NCBI GenBank assembly: GCA_963735595.1
Contig: CAVTLK010000003.1
Span: 78,905 to 142,904 of the forward strand
Direction: 5' to 3'
From: an uncultured delta proteobacterium
GTDB taxonomy: Bacteria > Desulfobacterota > Zymogenia > Zymogenales > Zymogenaceae
DNA: 64,000 nt
Shown: in pieces, positions 53,824-64,000 of the stretch
Layout of the letters: each line of letters opens with the position of its first letter
How positions within the stretch are numbered: the first letter of the stretch is position 1
Translations under genes and position numbers: made by a program
The notes under the pieces: model-generated
What the model was told of the DNA's origin: nothing
The model's input: the letters and a program-made list of their open reading frames with translations, nothing else
The model's database searches: none

Positions 53824-54714
53824 ATGAACCGACTACTCGCGATCGTATCCGTTCTTACCGTCCTGGCAGCCCTGGGGTGCGCCGCTTTTACGCCGAAGGT
53901 CCCGGTATACAAGAACGATGCGCTCAACGAGGTCTTCTGGGCCGATGAAAACTTCGCGGGGGAGCTTGCGAAGATACCCGGCGTCAATACCGCAGATCCC
54001 CGTATATCGGCGGCGGTTTCGGCGCTGTGGGCCGACTACCGCGGCGCGCGATTCGCCGGTGCCTTTGGCCGGATCATGGCTGTCGGAAATGCCGGGGCGC
54101 GGGCCTACTGCTCGCCCCTGGAGGCGACCCTGTGGCTCTACATCGAGGACCCGGCAGGGGCCCGGGAAATCCTTTCCGACTACAGCCTGGAGAAGCTATT
54201 GGCGGTATCATGGCGAAAGTGCACCGGGGACCGATGGGATGAATGGGAGGAGATTCGCGCCCGCCTGTCGGCGCCGGTGCTGTGCTCCTATTACACGAAG
54301 ATGGCCCTCCGGTATATCGCGGAGCGCAACGACGGCAAGAACTACCTCCAGTCGCCCTACGAAACGGTCCTCATGCGGGGGGGAGACTGCGAGGATTTTG
54401 CGGCGCTGATCGTCGAGGCCCTCGAGTATGGCGGCTGGTACGCCCGGTTATTCACCGTTGATATCTACTGGCACGAGAAGAAGGAAATAAAACCCCACAC
54501 GGTGGCGTGTTTCCGGGACGGGGGGCAATGGTACTTTATACAGGGATATGATGGAAAGTATCTGGCCGGAGGGGCGGTGGGGCCCTTTGCGCAAGCAAAC
54601 GAAATGGCCGATTCCGTCTCCCGCAGTATCGGGGGGGAGACCTACTACTATTACATCCACACCGCCCTCGAGTTCCTCGACGCCTATAAAGACCTCAACC
54701 GGGGAAGGCCGTAA
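53824..54714 (+). CDS. Lipoprotein with transglutaminase-like cysteine protease domain
   Basis: Lipobox ALGC; QSPYETV, GDCEDFA, HTVA. Confidence 0.75.
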   Translation: MNRLLAIVSVLTVLAALGCAAFTPKVPVYKNDALNEVFWADENFAGELAKIPGVNTADPRISAAVSALWADYRGARFAGAFGRIMAVGNAGARAYCSPLEATLWLYIEDPAGAREILSDYSLEKLLAVSWRKCTGDRWDEWEEIRARLSAPVLCSYYTKMALRYIAERNDGKNYLQSPYETVLMRGGDCEDFAALIVEALEYGGWYARLFTVDIYWHEKKEIKPHTVACFRDGGQWYFIQGYDGKYLAGGAVGPFAQANEMADSVSRSIGGETYYYYIHTALEFLDAYKDLNRGRP

Positions 54715-54815
54715 CGAAAAACGCGAGGAGACCGTGTCTCCTCGCGTCAGTACCAGCGCCGAGCCGCCCTATCGGGGGAGGCCCTCCCTTTCATATGAAG
54801 CTTTGGAGCTTCGCG

Positions 54816-55631
54816 CTACTTTCCCGTGAATTTTGCGTCGCGTTTTTCCATCTTGGCCATGAGTCCCTCGCGGACGTCCTGGGTCCCCACGAGACTGGTC
54901 TGGGCCACTCCTTCCAGGTCCATAAAGCTCCTGATATCCAGCGGCTGGCCTAGGTTGATAACCCGTTTGGCAAGCCCGACGGCCAGTGGCGCGTTCTTGT
55001 TGAGGGTCTCGGCGAGCGCCATTGCGCCCTCGAAGGCGTCGTCGACTACGTCGTTGAAGAGCTGGATGGCCTGCGCCTCCCGTGCGTCGATGACCTTGGC
55101 CGTCATAATGAGCTCTTTCGCCTTGATGGGACCGATAAGCTTGGTGAGGCGAGAGGTGCCGCCCACGTCAGGGATGAATCCGACCGCGGTTTCCTGGATG
55201 GCGATCTTCGTGCCGACCTGGCCGATTCGAAAATCACCCGACAGGATAAGCTCGGTGGCCATGCCGAAACAGAAGCCGTGGACCGCAAAGATGACCGGTT
55301 TTTCGATGTCATAGATCACGTTGACGACATCCTGCATCACCCGGATGATCTTGCGGGCCAGGGGAGGCGAAGCGTCTAAGAGACCGGTGCCTGCCAGGGC
55401 GGCGAAATCGACCCCGGCAGAGAAACCCTTACCCTCTCCCCTGATGACGATGGATCGGACCTGGGGGTCGGTATAGACGGAGTCGACCGCATCCCTGATG
55501 CCGAACATCATGTCGCCGTTAAGCGCGTTTCTCTTTTCGGAACGGGCCAGTGTTATGATGAGGGTAGGGCCTCTTCGTTCGGTGGTAACCTTCGATCTGT
55601 CATAGTCTTTGTCATTGAGGAAATCGGACAT
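54816..55631 (-). CDS. Enoyl-CoA hydratase/isomerase family
   Basis: KRNALN, FSAGVD, EKPVIFAVHG, QETAVGFIPD. Confidence 0.92.
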   Translation of the reverse strand: MSDFLNDKDYDRSKVTTERRGPTLIITLARSEKRNALNGDMMFGIRDAVDSVYTDPQVRSIVIRGEGKGFSAGVDFAALAGTGLLDASPPLARKIIRVMQDVVNVIYDIEKPVIFAVHGFCFGMATELILSGDFRIGQVGTKIAIQETAVGFIPDVGGTSRLTKLIGPIKAKELIMTAKVIDAREAQAIQLFNDVVDDAFEGAMALAETLNKNAPLAVGLAKRVINLGQPLDIRSFMDLEGVAQTSLVGTQDVREGLMAKMEKRDAKFTGK

Positions 55632-55771
55632 GTGCCCCTCCTTGAGAAGTAGTGAGGTAGAATAATCGTAAGACCGTGCCCTCGTCCGGCAGGTCATTTC
55701 AATCTATGACACTCATATATCAGGTTTTTACCGCCTCTGTCAAGCGATGAAGCAACCCGTGTCTTTTTGAC

Positions 55772-55833
55772 TTGACAAACACCGAAATCGTTGTTATTTT
55801 TAAGTATTAGCACTCTTATACGCGGAGTGCTAA
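55772..55833 (+). promoter_or_regulatory. sigma70 promoter plus CIRCE operator
   Basis: TTGACA (55772)-N17-TATTTT; perfect TTAGCACTC-N9-GAGTGCTAA at 55807-55833. Confidence 0.97.
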
Positions 55834-55880
55834 AAGCGTATGGGGAGACTAATGGGACTAATGGGACAAATGGTATGGGC

Positions 55881-56918
55881 ATGGAGATAGAACTCAGCAA
55901 CAGGGCAAAGACCGTCCTCTTTACCATTATTACCGACTTTATCAGGACCGGCGATCCGATAGGTTCCCGGACGATCTCCAAGCGGGGGACGCTTGACGTA
56001 TCCCCGGCCACAATACGCAATATTATGGCCGACCTCGAAGAGGTCGGGCTGCTGGCCCAGCCCCATACGTCGGCCGGCCGCGTTCCCACGGAGCGTGCGT
56101 ATCGTTTCTACGTGGATAGTCTGGTTCAGGTATCCGATCTTACCGCTACCGAAGAACGGATGATAGAAAAAAGCCTTAATCCGCCCACCCGGGAGCTCAA
56201 GGACGTGGTCAGAGAGACGTCCCGGGTCCTTTCCGAGATGTCCCGGTGCGTCTCCATGGTCAGCACACCAAGCTTCTCCGAGACACTATTCAAATATATC
56301 GATTTCGTGAAGCTTTCGGAAAACAGGATACTGGCCATACTCGTATCCAAGACCGGCATGATATTTAATAAGCTCATCATCGTTGAAGATGAATTCAGCC
56401 AGGATAAGCTCGCCTGGATGTCACGCTATCTCAACGACGTTCTGTCGGACATGACGCTCAAGGAGGTCAGGCGCACGATCATACAGGAAATGCAGAAGGA
56501 GAAGAACCTCTACGATACCATTCTCATGAATGCCCTGAAGATGTCCCGTAACCTGTTTGATGCCGAGATTATCGATGATGAGCTATTCATCGAGGGAAGC
56601 ACGTATATCTTCGATTACCCGGAGTTTACCGATATCACCAGGATGAAAGAGATATTCAAGACCTTCGAGAACAAGAATAACCTGATCAAACTGCTCGACA
56701 AGGTAACGCGGGCCGACGGCGTAAAGGTATATATCGGTTCGGAGACCAATATCCAGACGATGAGGGACTGTACCCTTGTGGCGTCCCCCTATCGTAAGGA
56801 AGGCAGTATCCTCGGGAGTATCGGTGTCATAGGTCCCACACGGATGGACTATGCGAAGGTGATCCCGATCGTCGATTTTACCGCACACCTGATCACAAGA
56901 CTGCTGGACGAGGAGTAA
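55881..56918 (+). CDS. hrcA: Heat-inducible transcription repressor
   Basis: PIGSRTI, SPATIRNIMADLE, QPHTSAGRVPT, IGPTRMDY. Confidence 0.97.
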   Translation: MEIELSNRAKTVLFTIITDFIRTGDPIGSRTISKRGTLDVSPATIRNIMADLEEVGLLAQPHTSAGRVPTERAYRFYVDSLVQVSDLTATEERMIEKSLNPPTRELKDVVRETSRVLSEMSRCVSMVSTPSFSETLFKYIDFVKLSENRILAILVSKTGMIFNKLIIVEDEFSQDKLAWMSRYLNDVLSDMTLKEVRRTIIQEMQKEKNLYDTILMNALKMSRNLFDAEIIDDELFIEGSTYIFDYPEFTDITRMKEIFKTFENKNNLIKLLDKVTRADGVKVYIGSETNIQTMRDCTLVASPYRKEGSILGSIGVIGPTRMDYAKVIPIVDFTAHLITRLLDEE

Positions 56919-56925
56919 GCGGAGT

Positions 56926-57693
56926 ATGACCGATAAAGAGAAGAAGCGACACGACGCAGAGCGGGAACGGGAAGGCGAAAGCGATGAGGTGTCCCGTGAA
57001 GCGATAGACAGGACGGTATCCGAGATAGAAGGCGCCGATCCGGGCGACGACCGAAATGCCGCCCCCGGACACGACGGTCACGAGGGGCACGGCGCCAAGG
57101 ACAAATCGGACGATAAGAAATCAAAGCAGCGGCTCGGCGACGAACTCGAAAAAGCGCAGGCCGAGGCAAAAGAGCTGCACGAGCGCTACCTCCGTTCGGC
57201 GGCGGATCTCGAAAATTTCAAGAAACGTATGCTAAAGGAAGTGGATGAAAACCGCAAGTATGCCAACGAAGAGCTGATAAAGGCTATGATCCCAACCATC
57301 GATAATCTCGAACGGGCCATTACCCATAGTGAGGGGAGCGCCGATCAAGATGCGTTGTTGGAGGGGATTAGGATGGTGTACAGGCAGTTTACCGATGCCC
57401 TCGCGAAATTCGGTGTTGAGCAAATTGCATCTCTCGGCAAACCGTTTGACCCTAATGTGCACCAGGCCCTCATGCAAGTCAAGACGAACCAGTCCCCACC
57501 GAACACCGTTGTGACGGAGGTTACGAAGGGCTACCTCCTTAATGGCCGCCTTATCAGGCCGTCGATGGTGGGTGTTTCCGTCAGGGAAGATAACGAGACC
57601 CCGCAAGAGTCACCCTGGGGAGATGAAGAACTTCGGCAAGAGCAAGATGTCTCCGACAAAAACGACGGGGATACGATAGACGATTCTGAGTAG
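56926..57693 (+). CDS. grpE: Nucleotide exchange factor GrpE
   Basis: ADLENFKKR, DNLERA, FDPNVHQA, GYLLNGRLIRPSMV. Confidence 0.96.
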   Translation: MTDKEKKRHDAEREREGESDEVSREAIDRTVSEIEGADPGDDRNAAPGHDGHEGHGAKDKSDDKKSKQRLGDELEKAQAEAKELHERYLRSAADLENFKKRMLKEVDENRKYANEELIKAMIPTIDNLERAITHSEGSADQDALLEGIRMVYRQFTDALAKFGVEQIASLGKPFDPNVHQALMQVKTNQSPPNTVVTEVTKGYLLNGRLIRPSMVGVSVREDNETPQESPWGDEELRQEQDVSDKNDGDTIDDSE

Positions 57694-57729
57694 CGCGGGA
57701 ACGCATCCCGACGATGAAGGAGGAATGAG

Positions 57730-59661
57730 ATGTCAAAGGTTATTGGGATAGATCTGGGGACGACCAATTCGTGCGTCGCCGTCATGGAGGCCGGTGAGTC
57801 AAAAGTACTTACCAACTCCGAGGGGAGCCGGACCACTCCCTCCGTTGTCGCGTTCACCGACAGCAACGAACGGATCGTCGGCCAGGTCGCCAAACGACAA
57901 GCGATCACCAACCCGGAGCGCACGATATACGCCGTCAAGCGACTGATCGGCAGGAAGTTCGAGGACAAGGAGGTACAGAAGGACATCAAGGTTTGCTCCT
58001 ACAAGATCACCAGGGCGGCCAACGGCGATGCCCAGGTTACCGTCGGAGACAAAAACTACAGCCCCGCCGAGATATCGGCGATGGTTCTTACGAAGATGAA
58101 GCAGACGGCCGAGGACTACCTCGGAGAGCCGGTCACGGACGCGGTTGTAACCGTCCCCGCCTACTTTAACGACAGTCAGCGCCAGGCCACCAAAGACGCC
58201 GGCAGAGTCGCCGGACTCAACGTCCTCAGGATCATCAACGAGCCGACGGCCGCCTCTCTGGCCTACGGCCTGGACAAGAAAAAGGACGAAAAAATCGCCG
58301 TCTTTGACCTTGGAGGCGGTACGTTTGACATCTCGATTCTGGAACTCGGCGACGGCGTCTTTGAGGTCAAGTCAACCAATGGCGACACCCACCTCGGCGG
58401 TGAGGATTTCGACCAGAAGATCATCGAATACCTCGCCGATGAATTCAAGAAGGATCAGGGGATAGATTTACGGGGCGATAAGATGGCGCTACAGCGCCTC
58501 AAGGAAGCCGGCGAGAAGGCCAAGATGGAGCTTTCAACCTCCATGGAGACCGATATCAATCTCCCATTTATAACGGCTGACAGCGCCGGTCCTAAACATC
58601 TCAATATCAAGCTGACGCGGTCCAAGCTCGAGGCGCTGGTAGACGACCTCATTCAAAAACTCGACGGTCCCTGCCGTACCGCCATTAAGGACGCGGGGAT
58701 GTCTTCGTCCGATATCAACGAGGTCATCCTCGTAGGCGGCATGACCCGTATGCCCAAGGTCCAGCAGAAAGTCAAGGAGATCTTCGGCAAAGAGCCCCAC
58801 AAAGGCGTCAATCCCGATGAGGTCGTGGCCATGGGAGCGGCCATCCAGGGAGGGGTGCTCAGGGGCGAGGTGAAAGACGTTCTGCTTCTGGACGTGACGC
58901 CGTTATCGCTGGGTATAGAAACCCTCGGCGGAGTATCCACCAAGCTTATCGAGAAGAACACCACTATTCCCACCAAGAAGAGCCAGGTTTTTTCCACTGC
59001 CGCCGACAGCCAGACGGCCGTTTCGATCCATGTGCTGCAGGGTGAGCGGGACATGGCGGCAGACAACAAGACCATCGGGAGGTTTGACCTGGTGGGTATT
59101 CCGCCGGCGCCGCGCGGCATCCCTCAGATCGAGGTCACGTTTGATATCGATGCCAACGGGATCATGCACGTATCGGCCAAGGACCTCGGCACCGGCAAGG
59201 AGCAGTCCATTAGGATCACGGCGTCCAGCGGCCTGTCGGAACAGGAGATCCAGCAGCTCGTCAAGGAAGCGGAATCACATGCCGAGGAGGACAAAAAGAA
59301 ACGCGACCTGGCCGAGGTACGAAATACCGCCGATGGGCTGGTATATACCACCGAAAAATCGCTTGCCGAGTTTTCAGACAAGATGGACCCGGCGGCCAAG
59401 TCGGACGTGGAGCAAGCACTTGCCAAGGTGAAGAAGGCTATGGAGGGGACAGACGCCGAAGCCATTAAGTCGGCAACCGATGAACTCACGAAGGCATCCC
59501 ACAAGCTTGCCGAGATGATATACGCCCAGGCGTCATCGGGCGCCGGCCCGCAGGGTCCTGATGCGGGACCCGGGACGGGTGCGGCGGAGGGCGCCGGGCC
59601 GAAGACCGGTGGCGGCGGGGACGACGTCGTCGATGCCGACTTCGAAGAAGTCAAGAAATAG
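57730..59661 (+). CDS. dnaK: Chaperone DnaK
   Basis: [17 protein letters not shown]; ends DADFEEVKK. Confidence 0.99.
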   Translation: MSKVIGIDLGTTNSCVAVMEAGESKVLTNSEGSRTTPSVVAFTDSNERIVGQVAKRQAITNPERTIYAVKRLIGRKFEDKEVQKDIKVCSYKITRAANGDAQVTVGDKNYSPAEISAMVLTKMKQTAEDYLGEPVTDAVVTVPAYFNDSQRQATKDAGRVAGLNVLRIINEPTAASLAYGLDKKKDEKIAVFDLGGGTFDISILELGDGVFEVKSTNGDTHLGGEDFDQKIIEYLADEFKKDQGIDLRGDKMALQRLKEAGEKAKMELSTSMETDINLPFITADSAGPKHLNIKLTRSKLEALVDDLIQKLDGPCRTAIKDAGMSSSDINEVILVGGMTRMPKVQQKVKEIFGKEPHKGVNPDEVVAMGAAIQGGVLRGEVKDVLLLDVTPLSLGIETLGGVSTKLIEKNTTIPTKKSQVFSTAADSQTAVSIHVLQGERDMAADNKTIGRFDLVGIPPAPRGIPQIEVTFDIDANGIMHVSAKDLGTGKEQSIRITASSGLSEQEIQQLVKEAESHAEEDKKKRDLAEVRNTADGLVYTTEKSLAEFSDKMDPAAKSDVEQALAKVKKAMEGTDAEAIKSATDELTKASHKLAEMIYAQASSGAGPQGPDAGPGTGAAEGAGPKTGGGGDDVVDADFEEVKK

Positions 59662-59846
59662 CCGAACATCGGCATGCGGTTCACTATACGCCCGGCATCG
59701 CCCATCCGGTTACGCGTGATCGCTCGGTCGACCGGACGGCGGCTATTCATCCTTCAAAAAATACCGGACCGGTCTTCCTGATGACGGACGGGCGGTCTCA
59801 CTGTTATATATCCCGCCGGTAGATATTCTATCGATGCGGCCAGGAG

Positions 59847-60977
59847 ATGGGAGATACGATCGCAGTGGAAAAAGCCGACTACTATGACATACTCGGAGTT
59901 CAAAAGAACGTCGGCCAGGAGGAGATAAAGAAGGCCTATCGGAAGCAGGCGCTCAAGTATCACCCGGATAAGAACGAGGGGGATAAAGCGGCCGAAGAAC
60001 AGTTCAAAGAGATCAACGAGGCCTATGTCGTCCTTTCGGACCCCGAAAAGCGTGAGATATATGACCGTTACGGCCACGCCGCCTTCGAGGGGGGAGGGGC
60101 GGGCGGTTTTCGGGGTTTTGAGTCCGGGTTCCGGGGTTTTGAGGATATCTTCTCGGATGTCTTTGGTGATATATTCGGCGCGGGCCGCAGGGGAGGGCGC
60201 GGGACGCGCGGAGCGGACCTGCGGTACCATCTGACCATCGATTTTTCCGAGGCCGTATTTGGGGTAGAAACCAAAATCCAGGTGCCGCGCCATGAGACGT
60301 GCGAGCACTGCAGCGGCAGCGGCGCCGAACCGCCCGCCCGTCCGGAGACCTGCCCGACGTGCCGAGGCACGGGACAGATCAGGACTCAACAGGGCTTTTT
60401 CGCGGTCTCACGAACGTGCTCCCATTGCCGCGGTACGGGCCGGATCATCAAGAGCCCCTGTAAAGAATGCCGCGGGTCCGGCCAGGTAAAGAAGACCAGG
60501 ACCCTCACCGTCAAGGTCCCCCACGGCGTGGAAACGGGGACCAGACTCCGGCTCTCGGGTGAGGGAGAAAAGGGGAGCGGCGCTTCGGTACCGGGTGACC
60601 TGTACGTAGTCATCGAGGTCAGACCCCATCCGATATTTGCGCGGCAGGGAAACGATATCGTTGTCGTCGTGCCGATCACGTTTCCCGAGGCGGCCCTCGG
60701 CGCCGAGATTGAGGTGCCGACCATTGAGGGCCTCATAAAGCTGAAGATCAAGGCGGGCGCGCAGTCCGGAGAGACCCACGTACTCAGGGGCAAGGGAGTA
60801 CCCCATATATCCGGTCACGGCCGCGGCGATCAACACGTTGTAATGCGGGTGGAGACGCCTACTAAGCTAAGCCGACGGCAGCGGGATATACTCGAGGAGT
60901 TTCGAAGAGAAAGCCGGGAAGAAACACACCCCGAGACACGCGGATTTTTCGAGAAGGTCAAGGAGATATTCCAGTAG
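59847..60977 (+). CDS. dnaJ: Chaperone DnaJ (start may be GTG 59865)
   Basis: HPD J-domain; G/F region; four CxxCxGxG. Confidence 0.98.
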   Translation: MGDTIAVEKADYYDILGVQKNVGQEEIKKAYRKQALKYHPDKNEGDKAAEEQFKEINEAYVVLSDPEKREIYDRYGHAAFEGGGAGGFRGFESGFRGFEDIFSDVFGDIFGAGRRGGRGTRGADLRYHLTIDFSEAVFGVETKIQVPRHETCEHCSGSGAEPPARPETCPTCRGTGQIRTQQGFFAVSRTCSHCRGTGRIIKSPCKECRGSGQVKKTRTLTVKVPHGVETGTRLRLSGEGEKGSGASVPGDLYVVIEVRPHPIFARQGNDIVVVVPITFPEAALGAEIEVPTIEGLIKLKIKAGAQSGETHVLRGKGVPHISGHGRGDQHVVMRVETPTKLSRRQRDILEEFRRESREETHPETRGFFEKVKEIFQ

Positions 60978-61080
60978 ACACGATGAGGCCTGTCCTAAGC
61001 GATGGGTGGAGAATTTCCTTTCCGGGTGGGGCGGTCAAGACTGTTACAGGGAAGACCGTTACAGGGAAATATAGAAAATG

Positions 61081-61110
61081 AAAAGGCCGCTGATACGTCA
61101 GCGGCCTTTC
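61081..61110. terminator. Probable bidirectional terminator
   Basis: AAAGGCCGCTGA-TACG-TCAGCGGCCTTT between convergent genes. Confidence 0.75.
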
Positions 61111-61131
61111 TCGCACCGGGATCGAGGGTAT

Positions 61132-61836
61132 TCAGGACCCGATCATCTTCTGATAAAGCGCGGCGATCTTGTTGCTCGGTTCCAATTTCATGACGGCGGC
61201 CAGGGTTTCCTTGGCCTGCTTGGGATTATTCATCTTGAAATGGCAGAGGGCCAGCGCCAGAAAAGCGGGGATGTAATCCTGTCGTTCCGAGACGGCCTTT
61301 GTGAGATGTGTAAGGGCGTCGTCGTATCGACCGGAGTCTCTCAGCGCGATTCCCAGCTTCGTCCTGATATCGACGAAATCGGGATTCAATTTAAGGGCCT
61401 TCGTATATTCCTCTATAGCCTCTTCGTACATGCCGAACGAGAGATATACGTCTGCAATATCCTTGTGCAAATTGGAGAGTTTACCGAGAGAAAAAGGGTC
61501 CAGGCCCTTTGGTGACGTTTTGGTCTGAGCCCTGGCCTGGGCGTCGAGATAGACAGCTTTGGCTTTTTCAAGCGCGCCCATGTCGTTATAAATCACGGCC
61601 AGATTCATCGAGACGTCGGTATAATTAGGGTTTATCTCCAACGCCATTTCAAATGAGTGTACGGCTTTTTCGTATTTTCCCTGCTGGTGATAGATGATCC
61701 CAAGCATATTATAGACGTCTGCGAACTCGAAGCCGTCCTGAACTACTTCGGAAAGATACCCTTCGGCTTTCTTGAAGTCCTGATGGTCGAATGCCTCTTT
61801 CCCGAGCCAGTAGGTGTTGTTATCCATTTTGGCCAT
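61132..61836 (-). CDS. TPR-repeat protein
   Basis: Repeated NMLGIIY...ALEINP, ALKLNP TPR motifs. Confidence 0.9.
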   Translation of the reverse strand: MAKMDNNTYWLGKEAFDHQDFKKAEGYLSEVVQDGFEFADVYNMLGIIYHQQGKYEKAVHSFEMALEINPNYTDVSMNLAVIYNDMGALEKAKAVYLDAQARAQTKTSPKGLDPFSLGKLSNLHKDIADVYLSFGMYEEAIEEYTKALKLNPDFVDIRTKLGIALRDSGRYDDALTHLTKAVSERQDYIPAFLALALCHFKMNNPKQAKETLAAVMKLEPSNKIAALYQKMIGS

Positions 61837-61867
61837 TTCTTTGTTTACCTGACGATCTTCCTATAAA

Positions 61868-62443
61868 CTATTTGTCTTCGGAAAGCCGCTTTTTGCACTC
61901 TTCGATATACCGCTTGGATTCTTCATCGTATCCAAAACCGGGGTATTTGGTGATTACGTCCTGGAATCGGAAGATTGCCGCATTAAACTCGTCTTTTTCG
62001 AAATAGTAGACACCGACATTAAAATTATAAAGGGCAAGTCTCTCGTGGCACAGCCTGAGATAACTCATAGCGTTTGAGACGTATTTGCTGTTGGGGTACA
62101 TGAGGATGAGTTGTGAGAATTTTTCGGCCGCGTGTTCCGTATTTGTTTGATCCCGCCGCGTGTCTTCCGAGATCTTAAAATAGGACAGGCCCTCTCTGAA
62201 CAGGGCGTAAGGGATGTTATCGTTGAGAGGATGCTTGACAATAAAGTTCTCGTACGCAACGACCGCGCTCGCATAGTCTTCTTTAGAAAAATAATTCTCG
62301 GCGGTAGAGAGGTCGGACTCAAGAACCGGAACCGGTTGGCTATCGTCCCTGATAACGTTATCCGGTCCGCCGCCGCAACTCGCGACGGCCAAGGCGATAA
62401 CGATGGACAGGACCACCGCAAAGAATTTTCGATCATAGACCAT
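61868..62443 (-). CDS. bamD: Outer membrane assembly lipoprotein BamD-like (short)
   Basis: Lipobox VASC; FIVKHP, RRDQTNT, YPNSKY, AAIFRFQDVITKYP. Confidence 0.8.
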   Translation of the reverse strand: MVYDRKFFAVVLSIVIALAVASCGGGPDNVIRDDSQPVPVLESDLSTAENYFSKEDYASAVVAYENFIVKHPLNDNIPYALFREGLSYFKISEDTRRDQTNTEHAAEKFSQLILMYPNSKYVSNAMSYLRLCHERLALYNFNVGVYYFEKDEFNAAIFRFQDVITKYPGFGYDEESKRYIEECKKRLSEDK

Positions 62444-62656
62444 AGTGTTTCTCCCGTCTGTTTTTTTGTATACGCTGTTTTTACGTTAACATTGAACGAT
62501 CGGCTTTGTCAACTAAATTCCTTTCCATCGGCCGGGGCCGGGCGGCGTAGCCGCGACGTTACGGTCAGGATGCGCTGCCCGTCCGAACTGCGGGTATGAG
62601 CCTCGTCAAAAAAAAAGCCCCCTCTCTGGGGGGCCTTCTCATTACGTCCGTGACGG

Positions 62657-63196
62657 CTATTTGCTCAACTTCTGAAGCTGAAGTTGGTCCGAGAGATACT
62701 CAAGGACCTTTTCCTGCACCTTAGAGGCGAGCAGTCGGAAGTTCGACAAAAGGACTACCTCGTCTCTATTTATCTTGGAGGGGTCGGCATTTTTGTAGTC
62801 GCCACCTGATTCCATAACGGTCATGACCTCCTGGGTGGAGCGTAACAGGTTTTCGGCTTCAATGGCCTTTTCTCTCCATATCTCAATTTCATCGGCCATG
62901 TCTTTCATGACCTGTTCCTTGAATTCCTCTCCCTTCTCCATCAGCTGATCGTTTACCGTCTTACCACGGAGAATCCATTCCATGGACGTATGGGAAAAGT
63001 CCGCGATCCGCGCAAGTATCGCGGATTCGGGAATCCTGTCTTTATTGAGATAGGTGGAGAGAGCCGCCGCGGTAATGTGGCACTTCTCGGCAAACTGATA
63101 CTGTTTGAGTCCCGATTTCTTAATCAGAAGTTGAAGCCGATCCGATACCTCTTTCGGGCTGATATTCAGGCGAGACTTTCTCTTCCTCTCTTTCAT
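62657..63196 (-). CDS. XRE-family HTH transcriptional regulator
   Basis: LKQYQFAEKCHITAAALSTYLNKDRIP...SMEWILRG. Confidence 0.85.
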   Translation of the reverse strand: MKERKRKSRLNISPKEVSDRLQLLIKKSGLKQYQFAEKCHITAAALSTYLNKDRIPESAILARIADFSHTSMEWILRGKTVNDQLMEKGEEFKEQVMKDMADEIEIWREKAIEAENLLRSTQEVMTVMESGGDYKNADPSKINRDEVVLLSNFRLLASKVQEKVLEYLSDQLQLQKLSK

Positions 63197-63605
63197 CTTT
63201 ACACCGTTCAATAATGGTTAAATCTGGATACAGTATACACTGTAGCACAAAAAAAAACAAAATTCACCTTTGCTATTTAAATCGTATCATAGGGTGGAAT
63301 GTCTGTAAAGAAAAAAATGTATATATCTTCGTAAATATCGTAAGAACCTCTAAGACCGACATGCATAATAGGCGATGTGGGAGGACCCTCATCCCGACAA
63401 AAAAGTCGTCGTGCAATTAGGGGCCGGTGTGTCGCCGGGAAGGTCCGGCCGGCGGGGACGTCGGGGTGAGCGTCTATCATCAAGTGGGTTGTCTGCCGAT
63501 GTTCAACGTGTTTGGCGGCTTAGACGCCGGTGCCCGGCCACGCCGGACGTTGGGAAAGGCGGCGACCCCGGTGACGCACGTAATGTGTCACCGGAGCAGG
63601 CGGTG

Positions 63606-64000
63606 CTATTGTGGGCGGGCCGCCCACTGTTCAATAGTCGGGTCCTTTCTGAGCTTCTTGAGGGCGCCTTCCTCGATCTGGCGAACACGCTCACGAGATA
63701 TTTTGAACGTGTCGGCGATCTCGGCCAGCGTCTTGGGCTTGGGGGCCATGATTCGGTGCTTAATAATATAGCTCTCTTTTTCGTTCAGTAAGGTCAGGGA
63801 CTTCTTGATATCAGTCTTGAGCCGTGCCGTCTCCTGTTCATCGATCAGGGTTGTCTCCTGAATCGGGTCCTCCGATACAAAATCTATGTAGGTTGTCTCA
63901 TCGTTATCCCCGACTGCGGCGTTTAGCGAGAGGTCACGGCCGGAGAGCCTGCCGCTCATATCCCGAACCTCCTGATCCTTCACATTAAGGGTTTTCGCTA
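63606..64000 (-). CDS. sigma70-family (RpoH-like) sigma factor, C-terminal part
   Basis: RDLSLNAAV; LNEKESYII; TLAEIADTFKISRERVRQIE (region 4). Confidence 0.85.
   Translation of the reverse strand, partial: AKTLNVKDQEVRDMSGRLSGRDLSLNAAVGDNDETTYIDFVSEDPIQETTLIDEQETARLKTDIKKSLTLLNEKESYIIKHRIMAPKPKTLAEIADTFKISRERVRQIEEGALKKLRKDPTIEQWAARPQ

Noticed and set aside
59778..59805. Hammerhead ribozyme core CTGATGA
   Set aside because: No matching GAAA or stems
63340..63600. Possible ncRNA or small ORFs between the XRE and sigma genes
   Set aside because: GC-rich local hairpins only; no family motif or coding signal

Overview
High-GC bacterial chromosome segment. The gene content (hrcA-grpE-dnaK-dnaJ with CIRCE, bamD, rpoH-like sigma, carD-PIN/TRAM-ispF-gltX, Zn-finger/receiver proteins) suggests a diderm, deltaproteobacteria-like organism (inference). 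The most unusual part is 1-6.6 kb: a tandem array of at least 7 paralogous secreted outer-membrane beta-barrel-like genes, running off the left edge. They share a near-invariant N-terminus (GEGSDTVG[G/D]GKL) and an invariant Cys/Pro-Ala/EPKLEPMSKN tail, with variable loops between. Each intact unit has its own sigma70 promoter and terminator, plus a shared ATTAG-N6-CTAAT palindrome: 6-7 bp upstream of the -35 in five copies but over the -10 in the most upstream copy. Also present: a secreted five-domain beta/gamma-crystallin protein, an intact acetone-carboxylase-like acxABC operon, a GIY-YIG nuclease remnant missed by the ORF track next to one of three GTCATTGCG-type palindromic repeats, tRNA-Gln(CTG), carAB, three further tandem paralog pairs and the heat-shock operon. 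About a dozen accessory genes are frameshifted while core genes are intact; this may be consensus error rather than biology. All product calls come from motif recognition by eye; no searches were run.
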